From positions 2,048,001 to 2,112,000 of the forward strand of contig OZ253375.1 in NCBI GenBank assembly GCA_965261005.1: a DNA stretch of 64,000 nt, in the 5' to 3' direction. Positions 38,755 through 50,782 of the stretch are shown here, in pieces; the first letter of the stretch is position 1; each line of letters begins with the position of its first letter. Position numbers and translations under genes: made by a program. The notes beneath the pieces were generated by a model. It made no database searches and was not told the origin of the DNA. It worked only from the letters and a program-made list of their open reading frames with translations. Source of the DNA: Deinococcus sp. Lineage in GTDB: Bacteria > Deinococcota > Deinococci > Deinococcales > Deinococcaceae.

Positions 38755-39942
38755 TCACGACTCATGCACGTCGCGGACGCCCGGCTCGCTCAGGCTCTGG
38801 ACCCGTATGGGCCGGTTGAGCAACAGGGCGACGAACACCATGAGCAAGGCCGGGAGCGCCAGCCACGTCACCCCGATCACCGGGAGCAGCACGCTGCCCA
38901 GCCAAGACCCAACGCTGATGCCCAGGTACAAGATGCTGGCGTTCAGGGCCAGCATCAAACCCCGCTGGCGCTCGTTCAAGCTGATCAGGCGCGCCTGCTG
39001 CGGGGCGGTGAACAAACTGATGAAAAATGACCAGATCGCGAACAGCAACAGACCCAGCCAGGGCCAAGCCGGCGCGATCAGCAGCCCGACCAGCGAGAGG
39101 GCCGCGCCGCCCAAGCTGAACAGCAGCAGCTGATCGCTGCTCAGGCGACGGCTGAAGGTGCCAATCAGGGCGTTGCCCACCACGCCCGCGATGCCGAACG
39201 CCAGCAGTGAGGCGGAAATCCAACTGGCGGGGCTGTCAAAGCGCCCACCCAGGTAGCTGCCAATCACCGCAAACAGCAAAAACGGCGCCCCCATCTGGAG
39301 CAAGGTGGTGAGCAGGGTGGGCGTTACGCCGCGTTGGGTCAGGGCCTGCCGGTAGGCCCGCAGGGTCACGCGTTGTCCGGCGACCACCCCGGGCACCAAC
39401 CGCCACAGCAACCCTGTGGCCAGCAGCGTCAAGGCCCCGATGGCCAGCAGCGTGTCTCTCCACCCCAAGGCCGGACCCAGAGCCGAGGCCAGCGGGACGC
39501 CCAGCACGCTCGCCAAGGTGAAGCCGGCAAACACCGTGGCCAGCGCGCGGGGCCGCTCATCTTCCGGCACCAAAAGACTCCCGATGGCCGAGGCCACCGG
39601 TCCCACCACCGAGGCGCCCACGGCGGCCAACACGCGGGTCCACAGCAGCACGGCGAAATTCTGTGCCAGCGCGCCGAGTCCCAAGCCCACCACCAACAAG
39701 ACCAGGCCGCTGAGCAGCAGGGTCTTGCGCGGCAGGTGCCCCACCAAGCTCTGCGACAGCAGGGCGCACACCGCGAAGGTCAGGGCGAAGGCCGTGACCA
39801 GCAGGCCGGTCTGTGCAGGCGTGACGTGCAGATCGGCGCTGATCCGCCCGCCAAGCCCCACCACCGAAAGCGAGGCCGTGCCCACCACAAAATAAGCCAG
39901 GCCCAGCGACCCGAGCGCCAAGCGCGAGTACCGCGCGGACAT
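38755..39942 (-). CDS. MFS transporter (AraJ/DHA1-like)
   Basis: About 12 hydrophobic segments; GVPL...LG..LGWR motif. Confidence 0.9.
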   Translation of the reverse strand: MSARYSRLALGSLGLAYFVVGTASLSVVGLGGRISADLHVTPAQTGLLVTAFALTFAVCALLSQSLVGHLPRKTLLLSGLVLLVVGLGLGALAQNFAVLLWTRVLAAVGASVVGPVASAIGSLLVPEDERPRALATVFAGFTLASVLGVPLASALGPALGWRDTLLAIGALTLLATGLLWRLVPGVVAGQRVTLRAYRQALTQRGVTPTLLTTLLQMGAPFLLFAVIGSYLGGRFDSPASWISASLLAFGIAGVVGNALIGTFSRRLSSDQLLLFSLGGAALSLVGLLIAPAWPWLGLLLFAIWSFFISLFTAPQQARLISLNERQRGLMLALNASILYLGISVGSWLGSVLLPVIGVTWLALPALLMVFVALLLNRPIRVQSLSEPGVRDVHES

Positions 39943-40016
39943 TTCCGTGACACCTTGTTGCATAAATAAGATTAAATACGAGACGTTATGTATTGTCAAC
40001 ATGCTAAAATACAGCC

Positions 40017-40613
40017 ATGACTCCTGTCTCCTCCTCTCCGCCGACTGGACCGGGACGTCCGCGCAACGCGGCCCATTCCGAAGCTGCCAAGGCGGCGGCT
40101 ATTGAACTGCTGCTGGAGCAGGGCTACGGCGCCGTCAACATGGAAACCATTGCCAAGCGAACCGGCATCGCGCGCCAAACGCTGTACCGCCGCTGGCCAC
40201 ACAAGCGCGTCCTGATCCTCGACGCCTTTGCCGAGACCGCCGCCGCCCTGCCGCCGCTGCCGGACACCGGTGATCTGGAGGGCGATTTGCGGGCGCTGCT
40301 GCGGGACACCTGCGAGCAGTTGCAGGGCGAGTGCGGCGCGACCAACCGCGCGCTGGTGGCCGAGGGCCTGCAACACCCGGAGTTCGCCGCCCTGCTGCGC
40401 GACCAGCTGTTCAGCGGGCGGCGACGGCAGGCCGGCCTGCTGTTCCAGCGAGCCCGTGAGCGGGGCGAGGGCCGCGAGTTCGACGACGATCTGCTGGCTG
40501 ACCTGCTGTTCGGACCGCTGTGGTACCGCCTGTTGCTGCACAACGAGGCGCCAACCGCCGCGCTGGCCGACCAGGTGGCCCGCTCGGTGGCCCGCCAGGC
40601 GCGTCAAGGCTGA
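40017..40613 (+). CDS. TetR/AcrR regulator divergent from MFS gene
   Basis: GRPR...IAKRTGIARQTLYRRWPHK and PDTGDLEGDL motifs. Confidence 0.93.
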   Translation: MTPVSSSPPTGPGRPRNAAHSEAAKAAAIELLLEQGYGAVNMETIAKRTGIARQTLYRRWPHKRVLILDAFAETAAALPPLPDTGDLEGDLRALLRDTCEQLQGECGATNRALVAEGLQHPEFAALLRDQLFSGRRRQAGLLFQRARERGEGREFDDDLLADLLFGPLWYRLLLHNEAPTAALADQVARSVARQARQG

Positions 40614-40683
40614 TACAGATTCCGCTTCGTTCCTCAATATTGGGCGCTTTCCCTTGCCGGGGAGCGCGAAGCGCCTCACAAAG

Positions 40684-42216
40684 TCATGACGGGACGCCGT
40701 GTTCGTGCTGAAACGCGGCCAGCGCGCGCATCTCCGGCAGCATGGCAGCGCCCAGGCGGCCGAAGATGGGCAGCAGCTCGGTGTAGACGGCGTGCGCCGC
40801 CGCGTCCGGCGTGTGTTGAGCTGAGGCCGCGAAGGGGAGGGCCGCGAGGTTGGGCAGCTCTCCCAGGGCGCGTCGAGCGAGCAGCGCGGCCCCCAGGCAC
40901 GAGGTTTCCGCCGTGCCCGGCACGCTGAGGGGGCCGCCCAGCACGTCGCACAGCATCTGGCGCCACAGCCCGGAGCGCGCGAAGCCCCCCGAGGCGCGAA
41001 AGCTGGGCGCCGCGCCAACAGCCCCCCCCAGCAACTGGAGCGCCGAGGCCAGGTTGAGGCACACCCCCTCCAGCGCGGCCCGCACGAAGTGTTCGCGGCG
41101 GTGCCCCAGCGTGGCGCCCACGAAGGCGCCCCGCGCGTCCGCGCTCCACAGCGGGGCGCGCTCGCCCAGCAGGTAGGGCAGGCACAGCAGCCCCGCCGAG
41201 CCGGCGGGCACGCCCGCGGCCAATTGCAAGACGGCGTCGTAGGGGTCCTGGCCCCGCGCTCGCGCCGCCGCCGCGTCCAGCGGCGCGAAGCGGTCGCGCA
41301 GCCAGCGCAGCACCACGGCGCCGTTGCTCACTGGGGCGCCCGCCACCCACAACCCCTCCGTCAGCACGTAGCAAAAGCTGCGCCCGCCACTGTCCATCCA
41401 GGGACGGGGGAGCGTCACCCGCACCGCGCCGCTGGTGCCCAGCGAGACGGCCACCACGTCCGGGGTCAGCGCGCCCGAGCCGAGGTTGGCGCAGGCGCCG
41501 TCGCCCGCCCCGGCGCAGGCGGGCGTCGTAGGGTCCAGGCCGAGGTCGCGCGCCACCTCAGGGCGCCAATCGGGCAGGCGCTGGGTGGTCGGGACCAGCG
41601 GGGAAAGCTGCCCGGCCTTCACGCGCGCCAACTCCAGCGCCTCCGGGTCCCAATCGCGCGTCCCCAGGTTGTACAGCCCGGTGGCCGAGGCCAGCGACTC
41701 GTCTATGGCCCACGCGCCGAACCAAGCGTGCAGCAGGTACTCCTTGATGGACACGAAGCGCGCCGCCTTCTGCGCGATTTCGGGCCGTTCCTGGTGCAGC
41801 CAGCGCAGCTTGGCAAGCGGGGACATGGCGTACAGCGGGGTGCCGCTGCGCAGCGAGACCGCCAAGCCGTTCTCGCGCAGCCTGATCTGCTCGGCCCAGG
41901 GCGCCGCCCGGCCGTCGGCCCAGGTGAGGACGTGCGTCAGCGGGCGGTCCCGCGCGTCCAGCGGTAAGACGCCGTGCATGGCCCCGCTGAAGCCGAGGGC
42001 CGTGACGCCGCTCGCCCCCACGGCGGCCACCACCTCCCTGAGGGCGTCCCCCGCCGCCCTCACCACCAGTTCCGGGTCCTGCTTGGCCACGCCCGGCTCC
42101 GGCGCCTCCAGCGGGTAGTCGCGCGACGCCTGCGCCACCACCCGGTTCTGCGCGTCAAAGGCGACCACCTTGGTGGCGGTCGTGCCCAAGTCCACGCCGA
42201 CGAAGCAGGAGGGCAC
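40684..42216 (-). CDS. gntK: Gluconokinase (FGGY family)
   Basis: GVDLGTTATK, TWADGRA, MSPLAKL, PYLLGERAP.W and ASGGFARS motifs. Confidence 0.88.
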   Translation of the reverse strand: MPSCFVGVDLGTTATKVVAFDAQNRVVAQASRDYPLEAPEPGVAKQDPELVVRAAGDALREVVAAVGASGVTALGFSGAMHGVLPLDARDRPLTHVLTWADGRAAPWAEQIRLRENGLAVSLRSGTPLYAMSPLAKLRWLHQERPEIAQKAARFVSIKEYLLHAWFGAWAIDESLASATGLYNLGTRDWDPEALELARVKAGQLSPLVPTTQRLPDWRPEVARDLGLDPTTPACAGAGDGACANLGSGALTPDVVAVSLGTSGAVRVTLPRPWMDSGGRSFCYVLTEGLWVAGAPVSNGAVVLRWLRDRFAPLDAAAARARGQDPYDAVLQLAAGVPAGSAGLLCLPYLLGERAPLWSADARGAFVGATLGHRREHFVRAALEGVCLNLASALQLLGGAVGAAPSFRASGGFARSGLWRQMLCDVLGGPLSVPGTAETSCLGAALLARRALGELPNLAALPFAASAQHTPDAAAHAVYTELLPIFGRLGAAMLPEMRALAAFQHEHGVPS

Positions 42217-42221
42217 GCCGT

Positions 42222-43832
42222 CTAATCCGCCGACACGGGTTCGGGCGCGAGTTGGTAGCCTGCCGCCGTGGCCCGATACGCCTCCGCTTGGGCCAGCGCC
42301 CAGATTGCGCCCTCACCCAGTTCCTCGCCCAGAATTTCGGCGACCCGCAGGGCGACCTGTGCGCTGGCCGCCGCGTTCAGCAGCAGGGCGCGGGTGCGGC
42401 GGGAGAGCACGTCCTCCACCCCGCGCGCCAGTTCGCGCCTGGCGGCCCAGCGCACCTGGGCCTCGCTGTAGGGCAGGTCCGCGTGCAGCAGGCGGTCGGC
42501 CCCCGGCAGCGACGCGACCAGGGACGCGTCGCTGCCGTACACGTCCAGCGGTCCCGCTTCCGGCGTCTCGGTCCAGCCGTGCAAATGTAGGCCCTGGGTG
42601 TGCGACAAGCGCGCCGGCAGGCCGCCCACCTCCTCGGCCTTGTTCACGGCGTCCTCGCCCATGCGGCGGTAGGTGGTCCACTTGCCCCCCGTCAGGGTCA
42701 AGAGGCCGCTTTCCGACACGCGCAGGACGTGGTCGCGCGACAAGGCTTTGGTGGCGGCGCTCGCCCCGGCGTCGCTGGCCTCCCCCTTCACCAAGGGCCG
42801 CAAGCCCACGTACACGCTCAGCACGTCGGCGCGCGTGGGCGCCGGATCGAGGTACTGGGCCGCCGTGCGCAGGATGAAGTCCACCTCCTGTTCTTGGGCG
42901 CGCGGCTCCAAGGTGGCCTGCTCCACCGGCGTGTCGGTGGTGCCGAGGATCACCCGGTCGTGCCAAGGAACGGCGAACAGCACCCGGCCGTCCTCGGTGC
43001 GCGGAATCATCACGGCGCTGTCGCCCGGCAAAAAGCGCTTGTCCACCACCAAATGAACGCCTTGGCTGGGCGAGAGCATGTTTGAAGCGCCGGGGTCGTC
43101 CATGCGGCGCACCTCGTCCACGAAGACGCCCGTCGCGTTGATGACCGCCTTTGCTGGCAGGGCGAAGTCCTCGCCCGTCTCGGCGTCGCGCGCCCGCACG
43201 CCGGTCACCCGCCCGTCTTCCTTGAGCAGGCCGGTCACGGGAAGGGAGTTCAGGGCCAGCCCGCCCACGTCCAGCAGCGTCAGCGCCAGCGTGAGCGCCA
43301 AGCGGGCGTCGTCGAATTGGCCGTCGTGATAGAGAACGGCGCCGCGCAGCCCTTCCTTGCGCAAGGTGGGCGCCCGCTCCAGCGCCGCCTCCCGACCGAG
43401 CTGCTTGCTCGACCCCAGGTTCTGCTTGCCGGCCAGCACGTCGTACATCTTGAGGCCCAGGCCGTAATACGGCCCCGCCCACCAGTCGTAGGCGGGCACC
43501 ACGAAGCCGAGGTCGTGAACCAGGTGTGGCGCGTTTTTGCGCAGCAAGCCGCGCTCGTGCAGCGCCTCGCGCACCAGGCCGACGTTGCCCTGCGCCAGGT
43601 AGCGCACGCCGCCGTGAACCAGCTTGGTGGAGCGGCTCGACGTCCCCTTGGCAAAGTCGCTCGCCTCCAGCAGCAAAGTCGTGTGGCCGCGCGAGGCCGC
43701 CTCGACCGCCGCGCCCAGGCCGGAGGCGCCGCCGCCGATCACCAGCACATCCCACACGTCCTGAGCGCGCAACCGGGCCAGCAGCGAGGCGCGGTCGTAG
43801 GCCGGGGCGGCTTGAGTTGAGAAATCGGTCAT
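42222..43832 (-). CDS. glpD: Glycerol-3-phosphate dehydrogenase
   Basis: IGGGASG, GTSSRSTKLVHGGVRYL and GGKWTTYR motifs. Confidence 0.95.
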   Translation of the reverse strand: MTDFSTQAAPAYDRASLLARLRAQDVWDVLVIGGGASGLGAAVEAASRGHTTLLLEASDFAKGTSSRSTKLVHGGVRYLAQGNVGLVREALHERGLLRKNAPHLVHDLGFVVPAYDWWAGPYYGLGLKMYDVLAGKQNLGSSKQLGREAALERAPTLRKEGLRGAVLYHDGQFDDARLALTLALTLLDVGGLALNSLPVTGLLKEDGRVTGVRARDAETGEDFALPAKAVINATGVFVDEVRRMDDPGASNMLSPSQGVHLVVDKRFLPGDSAVMIPRTEDGRVLFAVPWHDRVILGTTDTPVEQATLEPRAQEQEVDFILRTAAQYLDPAPTRADVLSVYVGLRPLVKGEASDAGASAATKALSRDHVLRVSESGLLTLTGGKWTTYRRMGEDAVNKAEEVGGLPARLSHTQGLHLHGWTETPEAGPLDVYGSDASLVASLPGADRLLHADLPYSEAQVRWAARRELARGVEDVLSRRTRALLLNAAASAQVALRVAEILGEELGEGAIWALAQAEAYRATAAGYQLAPEPVSAD

Positions 43833-43891
43833 ATCCTCATTCTCACCCGCGCTTCCTGCCGTCATGCCCGCGCGGCTCACCAATTCGTTCA

Positions 43892-45382
<1,491 letters not shown>

Positions 45383-45407
45383 GCGGGCCTCCTTTAAGTT
45401 TGGCGGG

Positions 45408-45722
45408 TCAACGCTTTTGATAAGCCGAATCGTGGTCCGCATGAATGGACAGAATTCGCAGCAAATTGCCCTCACGCCACGCCAGCAGCCGTATCTTCTG
45501 CGAGGCGCGCAACGAGTACAGCGGCTGACCTCGCGGTCCAGCCAGCGAGCTGATCCGCTCCCATCGAAAACCGCTTGAGCGGTAGAGGGCACTCCGCTCC
45601 AACTTGACAAGCTTTTCTAACGCATCAACCACCGTATTACGCTCGTCTTTGGTCAAGGCAAACAAGGCTCGTTGAAAGCCCGGATTATTGAGGTCGAGTT
45701 CGATGGTGGTGATGGTTGACAT
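45408..45722 (-). CDS. Putative RelE/ParE-like toxin
   Basis: Basic ~104-aa protein with [12 protein letters not shown]...HADHDSAY, downstream of an antitoxin-like gene. Confidence 0.6.
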   Translation of the reverse strand: MSTITTIELDLNNPGFQRALFALTKDERNTVVDALEKLVKLERSALYRSSGFRWERISSLAGPRGQPLYSLRASQKIRLLAWREGNLLRILSIHADHDSAYQKR

Positions 45723-45729
45723 CCAACAG

Positions 45730-45984
45730 CTAGGCGTCGCGCAGACGCTCCAAGTCCTCAACGGCCGTCTTCTCGACAGGATGTTCGTTTGCCCAGGCCA
45801 TCGCCTCGTCGAGCTTGGCACGGACTTCCGGTGAGTGCAGCCACAACTCGTTGTCCGGGATAACGGTCGCCGTGCGAATCACCCACACGCCCGGCTCCGG
45901 CTGCTCTACCAGCACGCTACGGCCAGCATACTCGCGCCCCAGGTACAGTTGCCCGCTGGCGCCAATCGCCTTCACGTCCTTCAT
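45730..45984 (-). CDS. Putative AbrB-like antitoxin
   Basis: VKAIGASGQLYLG swapped-hairpin-like start; acidic tail ELWLHSPEVRAKLDEAMAWA. Confidence 0.65.
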   Translation of the reverse strand: MKDVKAIGASGQLYLGREYAGRSVLVEQPEPGVWVIRTATVIPDNELWLHSPEVRAKLDEAMAWANEHPVEKTAVEDLERLRDA

Positions 45985-46015
45985 GGTTGCACGTTAGCAC
46001 AAATGCACAACAATT

Positions 46016-46483
46016 TCAGCGCACGAACGGCCGCGCCTCACCGCTCAGCGCGTCGGTTAGCGGCTGACGGTCGCTGGGGTGTAGTTCGGGCAGTTCACCG
46101 GGCGCGAAAAAGCGTAGCTCCAGCGTCTCACCGTCCCGTTCGCCCACTTCCCGCCCCAAGCGGCCCTCGAAGATCACGTTCACGAACTCGGCCCGGTCGC
46201 CATTGGGATAGGTCGTGCGGGTGAGGTCCGGCGCGGAGTAAATGCCCAGCAGGCCGGTCAGCTCCACCTCATGGCCCGACTCCTCGCGCGCCTCGCGCCG
46301 GGCGGCTTCCCGCACGCTCTCGCCGGGGGAGACCCAGCCGCCCAGAATGCCCCACAACCCGTTGTCGGCGCGCAGACCCAGCAGCACGCGGCCCAGTTCG
46401 TCGCGCACCACCACGCCCGCGCCGGGGGCCTTGATGGGGTCGGTGCCGATTTTGGAGCGCAGCCAACGGATGTACGGGTCCAT
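46016..46483 (-). CDS. NUDIX hydrolase
   Basis: GG..SPGESVREAARREAREESG Nudix box; YPNGD. Confidence 0.92.
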   Translation of the reverse strand: MDPYIRWLRSKIGTDPIKAPGAGVVVRDELGRVLLGLRADNGLWGILGGWVSPGESVREAARREAREESGHEVELTGLLGIYSAPDLTRTTYPNGDRAEFVNVIFEGRLGREVGERDGETLELRFFAPGELPELHPSDRQPLTDALSGEARPFVR

Positions 46484-46551
46484 AGAGGGATTGTGCCCCA
46501 AAAGAGAAGGACGACGGCATGCCGTCGCCCTTCTGAAAAGCTGGTTTGGAA

Positions 46552-47532
46552 TTAAGGGGCGGTGACCGGGGCCGCAACGCTCTTGACGATCAAGTAGTTG
46601 ATCTTGGTCAGAACGCTGCTGCCAGAGTCCACCGTCAGCCTGCCGTCGGTGACCGCTACGGTCACCGTCTTCTCCTGGAAGGGACTCTGCGCGCTGGGTG
46701 TGAAGTTGGCAATTGCCGAGGTACCCTCCACGTTGATCGTCTGGGCAAGGCTCGTCTGGGTCGTATCGGCGTCCCCCACGCTCACGGTCACGTCGTAGCT
46801 GCCGCTGGGCACCGCGTATTCAAAGGCGCCGGCCACCGTCTGAGGCGTTCCGTTGGCCTCACCGCAGTGGTTCGGGTCGGCTGGGGGCGGGCATTGCGTG
46901 ATGATAAAGGTCTGCTGCCTGGCCGGGTAAGTCGCGCCCGTGGTCGTCTTGCTCCGGTCGCGGGCATTGGTTGAAAAGTCGAGCGGTGTGGAGGTGCCCG
47001 CCTTGACCCAGCCGAACTTGTCCGTGTCGTTGTAGGGCGTGCCGGTGGAGGCAGTGTAACCGTCTGGCAGCGCTACAGAGGTTATGGCCGGACGGAAGCT
47101 GAACTGCTTGTCAGACCCGGGGTTCGGTGCCGGAGTCACCACGGCCGCCGCGACGGTCAAAGTGGCCGTACCCGACTTGGTCTTGTCAACGGTCGAGGTC
47201 GCAACGACGGTGGCCTTGTCGCCCTCTTGGGCAGTAGGCGCGACGGTCACCTTGCCGTTCTGGTCCACGGTGGCAACCGGAGCTGTCCCAGTGGGTGTGC
47301 TGACAGACCAAGTCACGGTCTTAACGGGATTGTTGTTGCCCGTCACGGTGGCGTTCGCCTGCGACGTGCCGCCTACCGGCGCGGAAGTCGGATTCAGGGA
47401 TACGGTTACGCTGGTCACCGTCGGGCTTGTGACCGGGGTTGGGGCTTTGTTTCCCCCGCAGGCCACCAGGCCCAGGCTGAGCGAGAAAGTCAGGCCGGCA
47501 TACACCGGGGCGCGCTTAAACCATGTCTGCAT
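46552..47532 (-). CDS. Lipoprotein with Ig-like (Big_2) and galactose-binding-like domains
   Basis: Lipobox LVAC; VTWS...ATVDQNGKVT; FEYAVPSGSYDVTVSVGD. Confidence 0.75.
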   Translation of the reverse strand: MQTWFKRAPVYAGLTFSLSLGLVACGGNKAPTPVTSPTVTSVTVSLNPTSAPVGGTSQANATVTGNNNPVKTVTWSVSTPTGTAPVATVDQNGKVTVAPTAQEGDKATVVATSTVDKTKSGTATLTVAAAVVTPAPNPGSDKQFSFRPAITSVALPDGYTASTGTPYNDTDKFGWVKAGTSTPLDFSTNARDRSKTTTGATYPARQQTFIITQCPPPADPNHCGEANGTPQTVAGAFEYAVPSGSYDVTVSVGDADTTQTSLAQTINVEGTSAIANFTPSAQSPFQEKTVTVAVTDGRLTVDSGSSVLTKINYLIVKSVAAPVTAP

Positions 47533-47694
47533 AGCGTTCTCCTTGGGAAATGGAATGCACAAAACGGAATTCTTTGCTGCGGCCTCACTATAGCCGGCCG
47601 GGCGCGGCGCCGTTTGTAAGGGGCGTTTAGGAAAACTTAGAAAAAATAAAAGACTTCAGTCAGCTTTGCCCCATCTCACATTCAAGCGCTGGAT

Positions 47695-49095
47695 TTAGGC
47701 GCTGGGCCGGGTCATGTCGAGCGGTACCACCAAGCGGTCGAACTCCTCGGCGCTCAGAACACCCAGCGCGAGGGCGGCCTCCTTCAGGGTGGTGCCCTCC
47801 TGGTGGGCTTTTTTGGCGATCTGGGCGGCCTTGTCGTAGCCGATGTGGGGGTTGAGGGCGGTCACCTGCATCAGGTTCTGGCCGAGGTTTTCCTGAATTC
47901 TGGGCAAGTTCGGCTCGATGCCGACGGCGCAATTGTCGTTGAAGGTGGCGCAGGCGTCCCCCAACAGCTGAACGCTCTCCAAGACGTTGTGGACCATGAC
48001 CGGCTTGTAGACGTTCAGCTGAAAGTTCCCTTGAGAGCCGGCAAAGGCGACGGCGGCGTCGTTGCCGTAGACCTGCACGCACACCATGGTCAGGGCCTCG
48101 CTTTGGGTGGGGTTGACCTTGCCGGGCATAATCGAGCTGCCCGGCTCGTTTTCGGGAATTTGGACCTCGCCGATGCCGTTTCTGGGGCCGCTCGCCAGCC
48201 AGCGCACGTCGTTCGCCATCTTCATCAGGGCGCCGGCCAGGGTGCGCAGCGCCGCCGAGGTCTGTACCAAGGCGTCGTGGGCCGAGAGGGCGGCGAACTT
48301 ATTGGCGGCACTTTTGAAGGGAAAGCCGGTTTCCTCGGCGAACTTCTGGGCCGCGAGGTCGCCGAAACGCGGGTGGGCGTTCAGGCCGGTGCCGACCGCC
48401 GTGCCGCCGATGGCGAGGTCATACAGCCCCCCCTCGGCGTGGCGCACCTCCTCTAAGCAGTAGTCGAGCTGCGCCACCCAGCCGCCGATCTCCTGGCCGA
48501 GCGTGATGGGCGTGGCGTCCTGCAAGTGGGTGCGCCCGACCTTGACCACGTCCGCGAATTCGTCCGCCTTGCCGGCCAGCGTGTCCCTCAGTTGGCCCAC
48601 CTTGGGATACAGCTGCTCATGGAGCTGCTGCACCACCGCCATGTGCATGGCGGTGGGAAAGGTGTCGTTGCTGCTTTGCCCGCGGTTGACGTGGTCGTTG
48701 GGGTGGACGGGCGTCTTGCTGCCCAGTTCGCCCCCGGCGAGCTGAATGGCGCGGTTGGAGATGACCTCGTTGGCGTTCATGTTGCTTTGGGTGCCGCTGC
48801 CGGTCTGGAACACCACCAGGGGAAACTGGTCGTCGAGCCGGCCGGTGATCACCTCGTCGGCGGCGCGCACGATCAGATCGGCGAGGTCCTGCGGCAACTC
48901 GCCCAGCTCGGCGTTGGCCTGCGCGGCGCCCTTCTTGAGGACGCCGAGGGCGCGGATGACCGGGCGCGTGAAACGGAAGCGCTCCACGCCGATGGGAAAG
49001 TTCTCCGTGGAGCGCTGGGTCTGCGCGCCCCACAGCTTGTCGGCCGGCACCTGAACCCGGCCCATGCTGTCGCTTTCGCTGCGGAAGTCAGGCAT
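47695..49095 (-). CDS. fumC: Class II fumarate hydratase
   Basis: [21 protein letters not shown] and [13 protein letters not shown] motifs. Confidence 0.98.
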   Translation of the reverse strand: MPDFRSESDSMGRVQVPADKLWGAQTQRSTENFPIGVERFRFTRPVIRALGVLKKGAAQANAELGELPQDLADLIVRAADEVITGRLDDQFPLVVFQTGSGTQSNMNANEVISNRAIQLAGGELGSKTPVHPNDHVNRGQSSNDTFPTAMHMAVVQQLHEQLYPKVGQLRDTLAGKADEFADVVKVGRTHLQDATPITLGQEIGGWVAQLDYCLEEVRHAEGGLYDLAIGGTAVGTGLNAHPRFGDLAAQKFAEETGFPFKSAANKFAALSAHDALVQTSAALRTLAGALMKMANDVRWLASGPRNGIGEVQIPENEPGSSIMPGKVNPTQSEALTMVCVQVYGNDAAVAFAGSQGNFQLNVYKPVMVHNVLESVQLLGDACATFNDNCAVGIEPNLPRIQENLGQNLMQVTALNPHIGYDKAAQIAKKAHQEGTTLKEAALALGVLSAEEFDRLVVPLDMTRPSA

Positions 49096-49200
49096 ACGCC
49101 GACTATAGAGTCAGGCCCTCAACCCGAAAGCGCTCCCCACCGGGCACATTCGGCCCCAAAACAGACTGCTGAATCTACAATGAGATTTTGAGGAGATTTT

Positions 49201-50736
49201 ATGCGCCATTCTTTAAGATTCTCGCTGCTTCTGATCGTCCTGACCGCCTGCGGCGCGGTCCCGCCCGCAGTGCAGAACAAGGTCGAGGCGCGGCCGGCCC
49301 TCGGCACGCCGGGCACGCCGGCGGTCGCGCTCAGCTTCAGCGCCGTGGTGCAACTGCCCGGCCGCGACCCCACGGTGTTCGAGGTGCGGGGCGGGCGCAG
49401 CTTGCCGGTCTACTTCGACGCGCACGCGAGGGACGCGGCGGGCGGCGACGTTCCCGACGACGCCTGGGCCAGCCCGGCCATCTGTCCGAATCCGGTGGTC
49501 GGCGTCGAGGAGATCGGCGACGTGCAGATTGGCGGTGGGCAGATCGGCGTCGGGGAGCAGCGTCCGCACCGCTACCGCGTTCAGGTGCTCGCCCCCGGAA
49601 CCCACGCCGTCAAATTTGCCCCGGCGGGCGACTGCGCCGCCCCCGGCCCAACCCTGAGCGTGACCGGGGTGGCGCCCGAGCGGCGGGTCAGCGTGGCGGC
49701 TGGCCACGACCATAGCTTGGCGCTCAGGGCGGACGGCACGGTTTGGGCTTGGGGGGCCAACGCCCTCGGTCAGCTGGGCGACGGCGGCAACGCCGCGCGG
49801 CCGCTGCCCGCCGCCATCAAGGGCGTGACGGACGCGCTGGCGATCTCGGCCGGCGGCGAGTACAGCTTGGCCTTGGGGGCGGACGGTACGGTGCTGGGGT
49901 GGGGCTACAACGGCTACGCGCGGCAGCTCGACCCGGCCTACCAGGGCGTCACGCGGCCGGCGACCGTCGAGGGCCTCTCGGACGTGGTCGCCGTTTCGGT
50001 GGGTGGGTACCACAGCCTTGCGCTCAGGGCAGACGGCACGGTTCTCGCTTGGGGCGCCAACACCTACGGCCAACTCGGCAGCGGCGCCGCCCCCAGCACC
50101 GACGCTCCCGTGCCCGCCCTCGTGACCGGCCTGACCGACGTGGTGGCGGTGGCGGCCGGTGGCCTGCACAGCTTGGCCCTGCGGGCGGACGGCTCGGTCT
50201 GGGCCTGGGGCAACAACTACGACGGCCAGTTGGGCGACGGCACGCGCGAGGAGCGCGACCGCCCCGGCCCCGTGAAGGGTTTGAAGGGCGCCGTGGCGAT
50301 CTCGGCCGGTTTGTACCACAGCCTCGCGCTCAGGGCGGACGGCGGCGTGGTGGGCTGGGGCGCCAACTTGTCCGGCCAACTGAGCGCGGACGCGCCGGAC
50401 ACGGGCGTGAGCGTGCCCACCGGCGTGAAAGGCTTGGCACAGGCCGTGGCGATTTCGGCCGGCAGCCTGCACAGCTTGGCCCTGCTGAGGGGCGGCGCGG
50501 TGTGGGCCTGGGGCAAGGGCGACGCCGGGCAATTGGGACGCGGTGGGGACAACTCGTCCGCCCCCGGGGCCGTCGCCGGCTTGTCGGCCACCGCGCTGGT
50601 CGCCGGCGGCAACCACAACCTCGCCTTGGGAGCGGACGGCGCGGTCTGGGCTTGGGGCGCGGGCGACGCCGGACAGCTGGGCGACGGCACGACCCAGGAC
50701 AGCGCCACGCCCGTGCAAGTTCAGCTCAAGCCGTAA
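49201..50736 (+). CDS. RCC1-repeat lipoprotein
   Basis: Lipobox LTAC; seven HSLALRADG.V.AWG.N..GQLG repeats. Confidence 0.92.
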   Translation: MRHSLRFSLLLIVLTACGAVPPAVQNKVEARPALGTPGTPAVALSFSAVVQLPGRDPTVFEVRGGRSLPVYFDAHARDAAGGDVPDDAWASPAICPNPVVGVEEIGDVQIGGGQIGVGEQRPHRYRVQVLAPGTHAVKFAPAGDCAAPGPTLSVTGVAPERRVSVAAGHDHSLALRADGTVWAWGANALGQLGDGGNAARPLPAAIKGVTDALAISAGGEYSLALGADGTVLGWGYNGYARQLDPAYQGVTRPATVEGLSDVVAVSVGGYHSLALRADGTVLAWGANTYGQLGSGAAPSTDAPVPALVTGLTDVVAVAAGGLHSLALRADGSVWAWGNNYDGQLGDGTREERDRPGPVKGLKGAVAISAGLYHSLALRADGGVVGWGANLSGQLSADAPDTGVSVPTGVKGLAQAVAISAGSLHSLALLRGGAVWAWGKGDAGQLGRGGDNSSAPGAVAGLSATALVAGGNHNLALGADGAVWAWGAGDAGQLGDGTTQDSATPVQVQLKP

Positions 50737-50782
50737 CCCGCGCCTCACGGTCTCTTCCGGCCCGCGGTGCTAGCCTTCCCTT

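Noticed and set aside
49680..50720. Periodic DNA repeats
   Set aside because: These are coding RCC1 repeats, not a CRISPR or VNTR.
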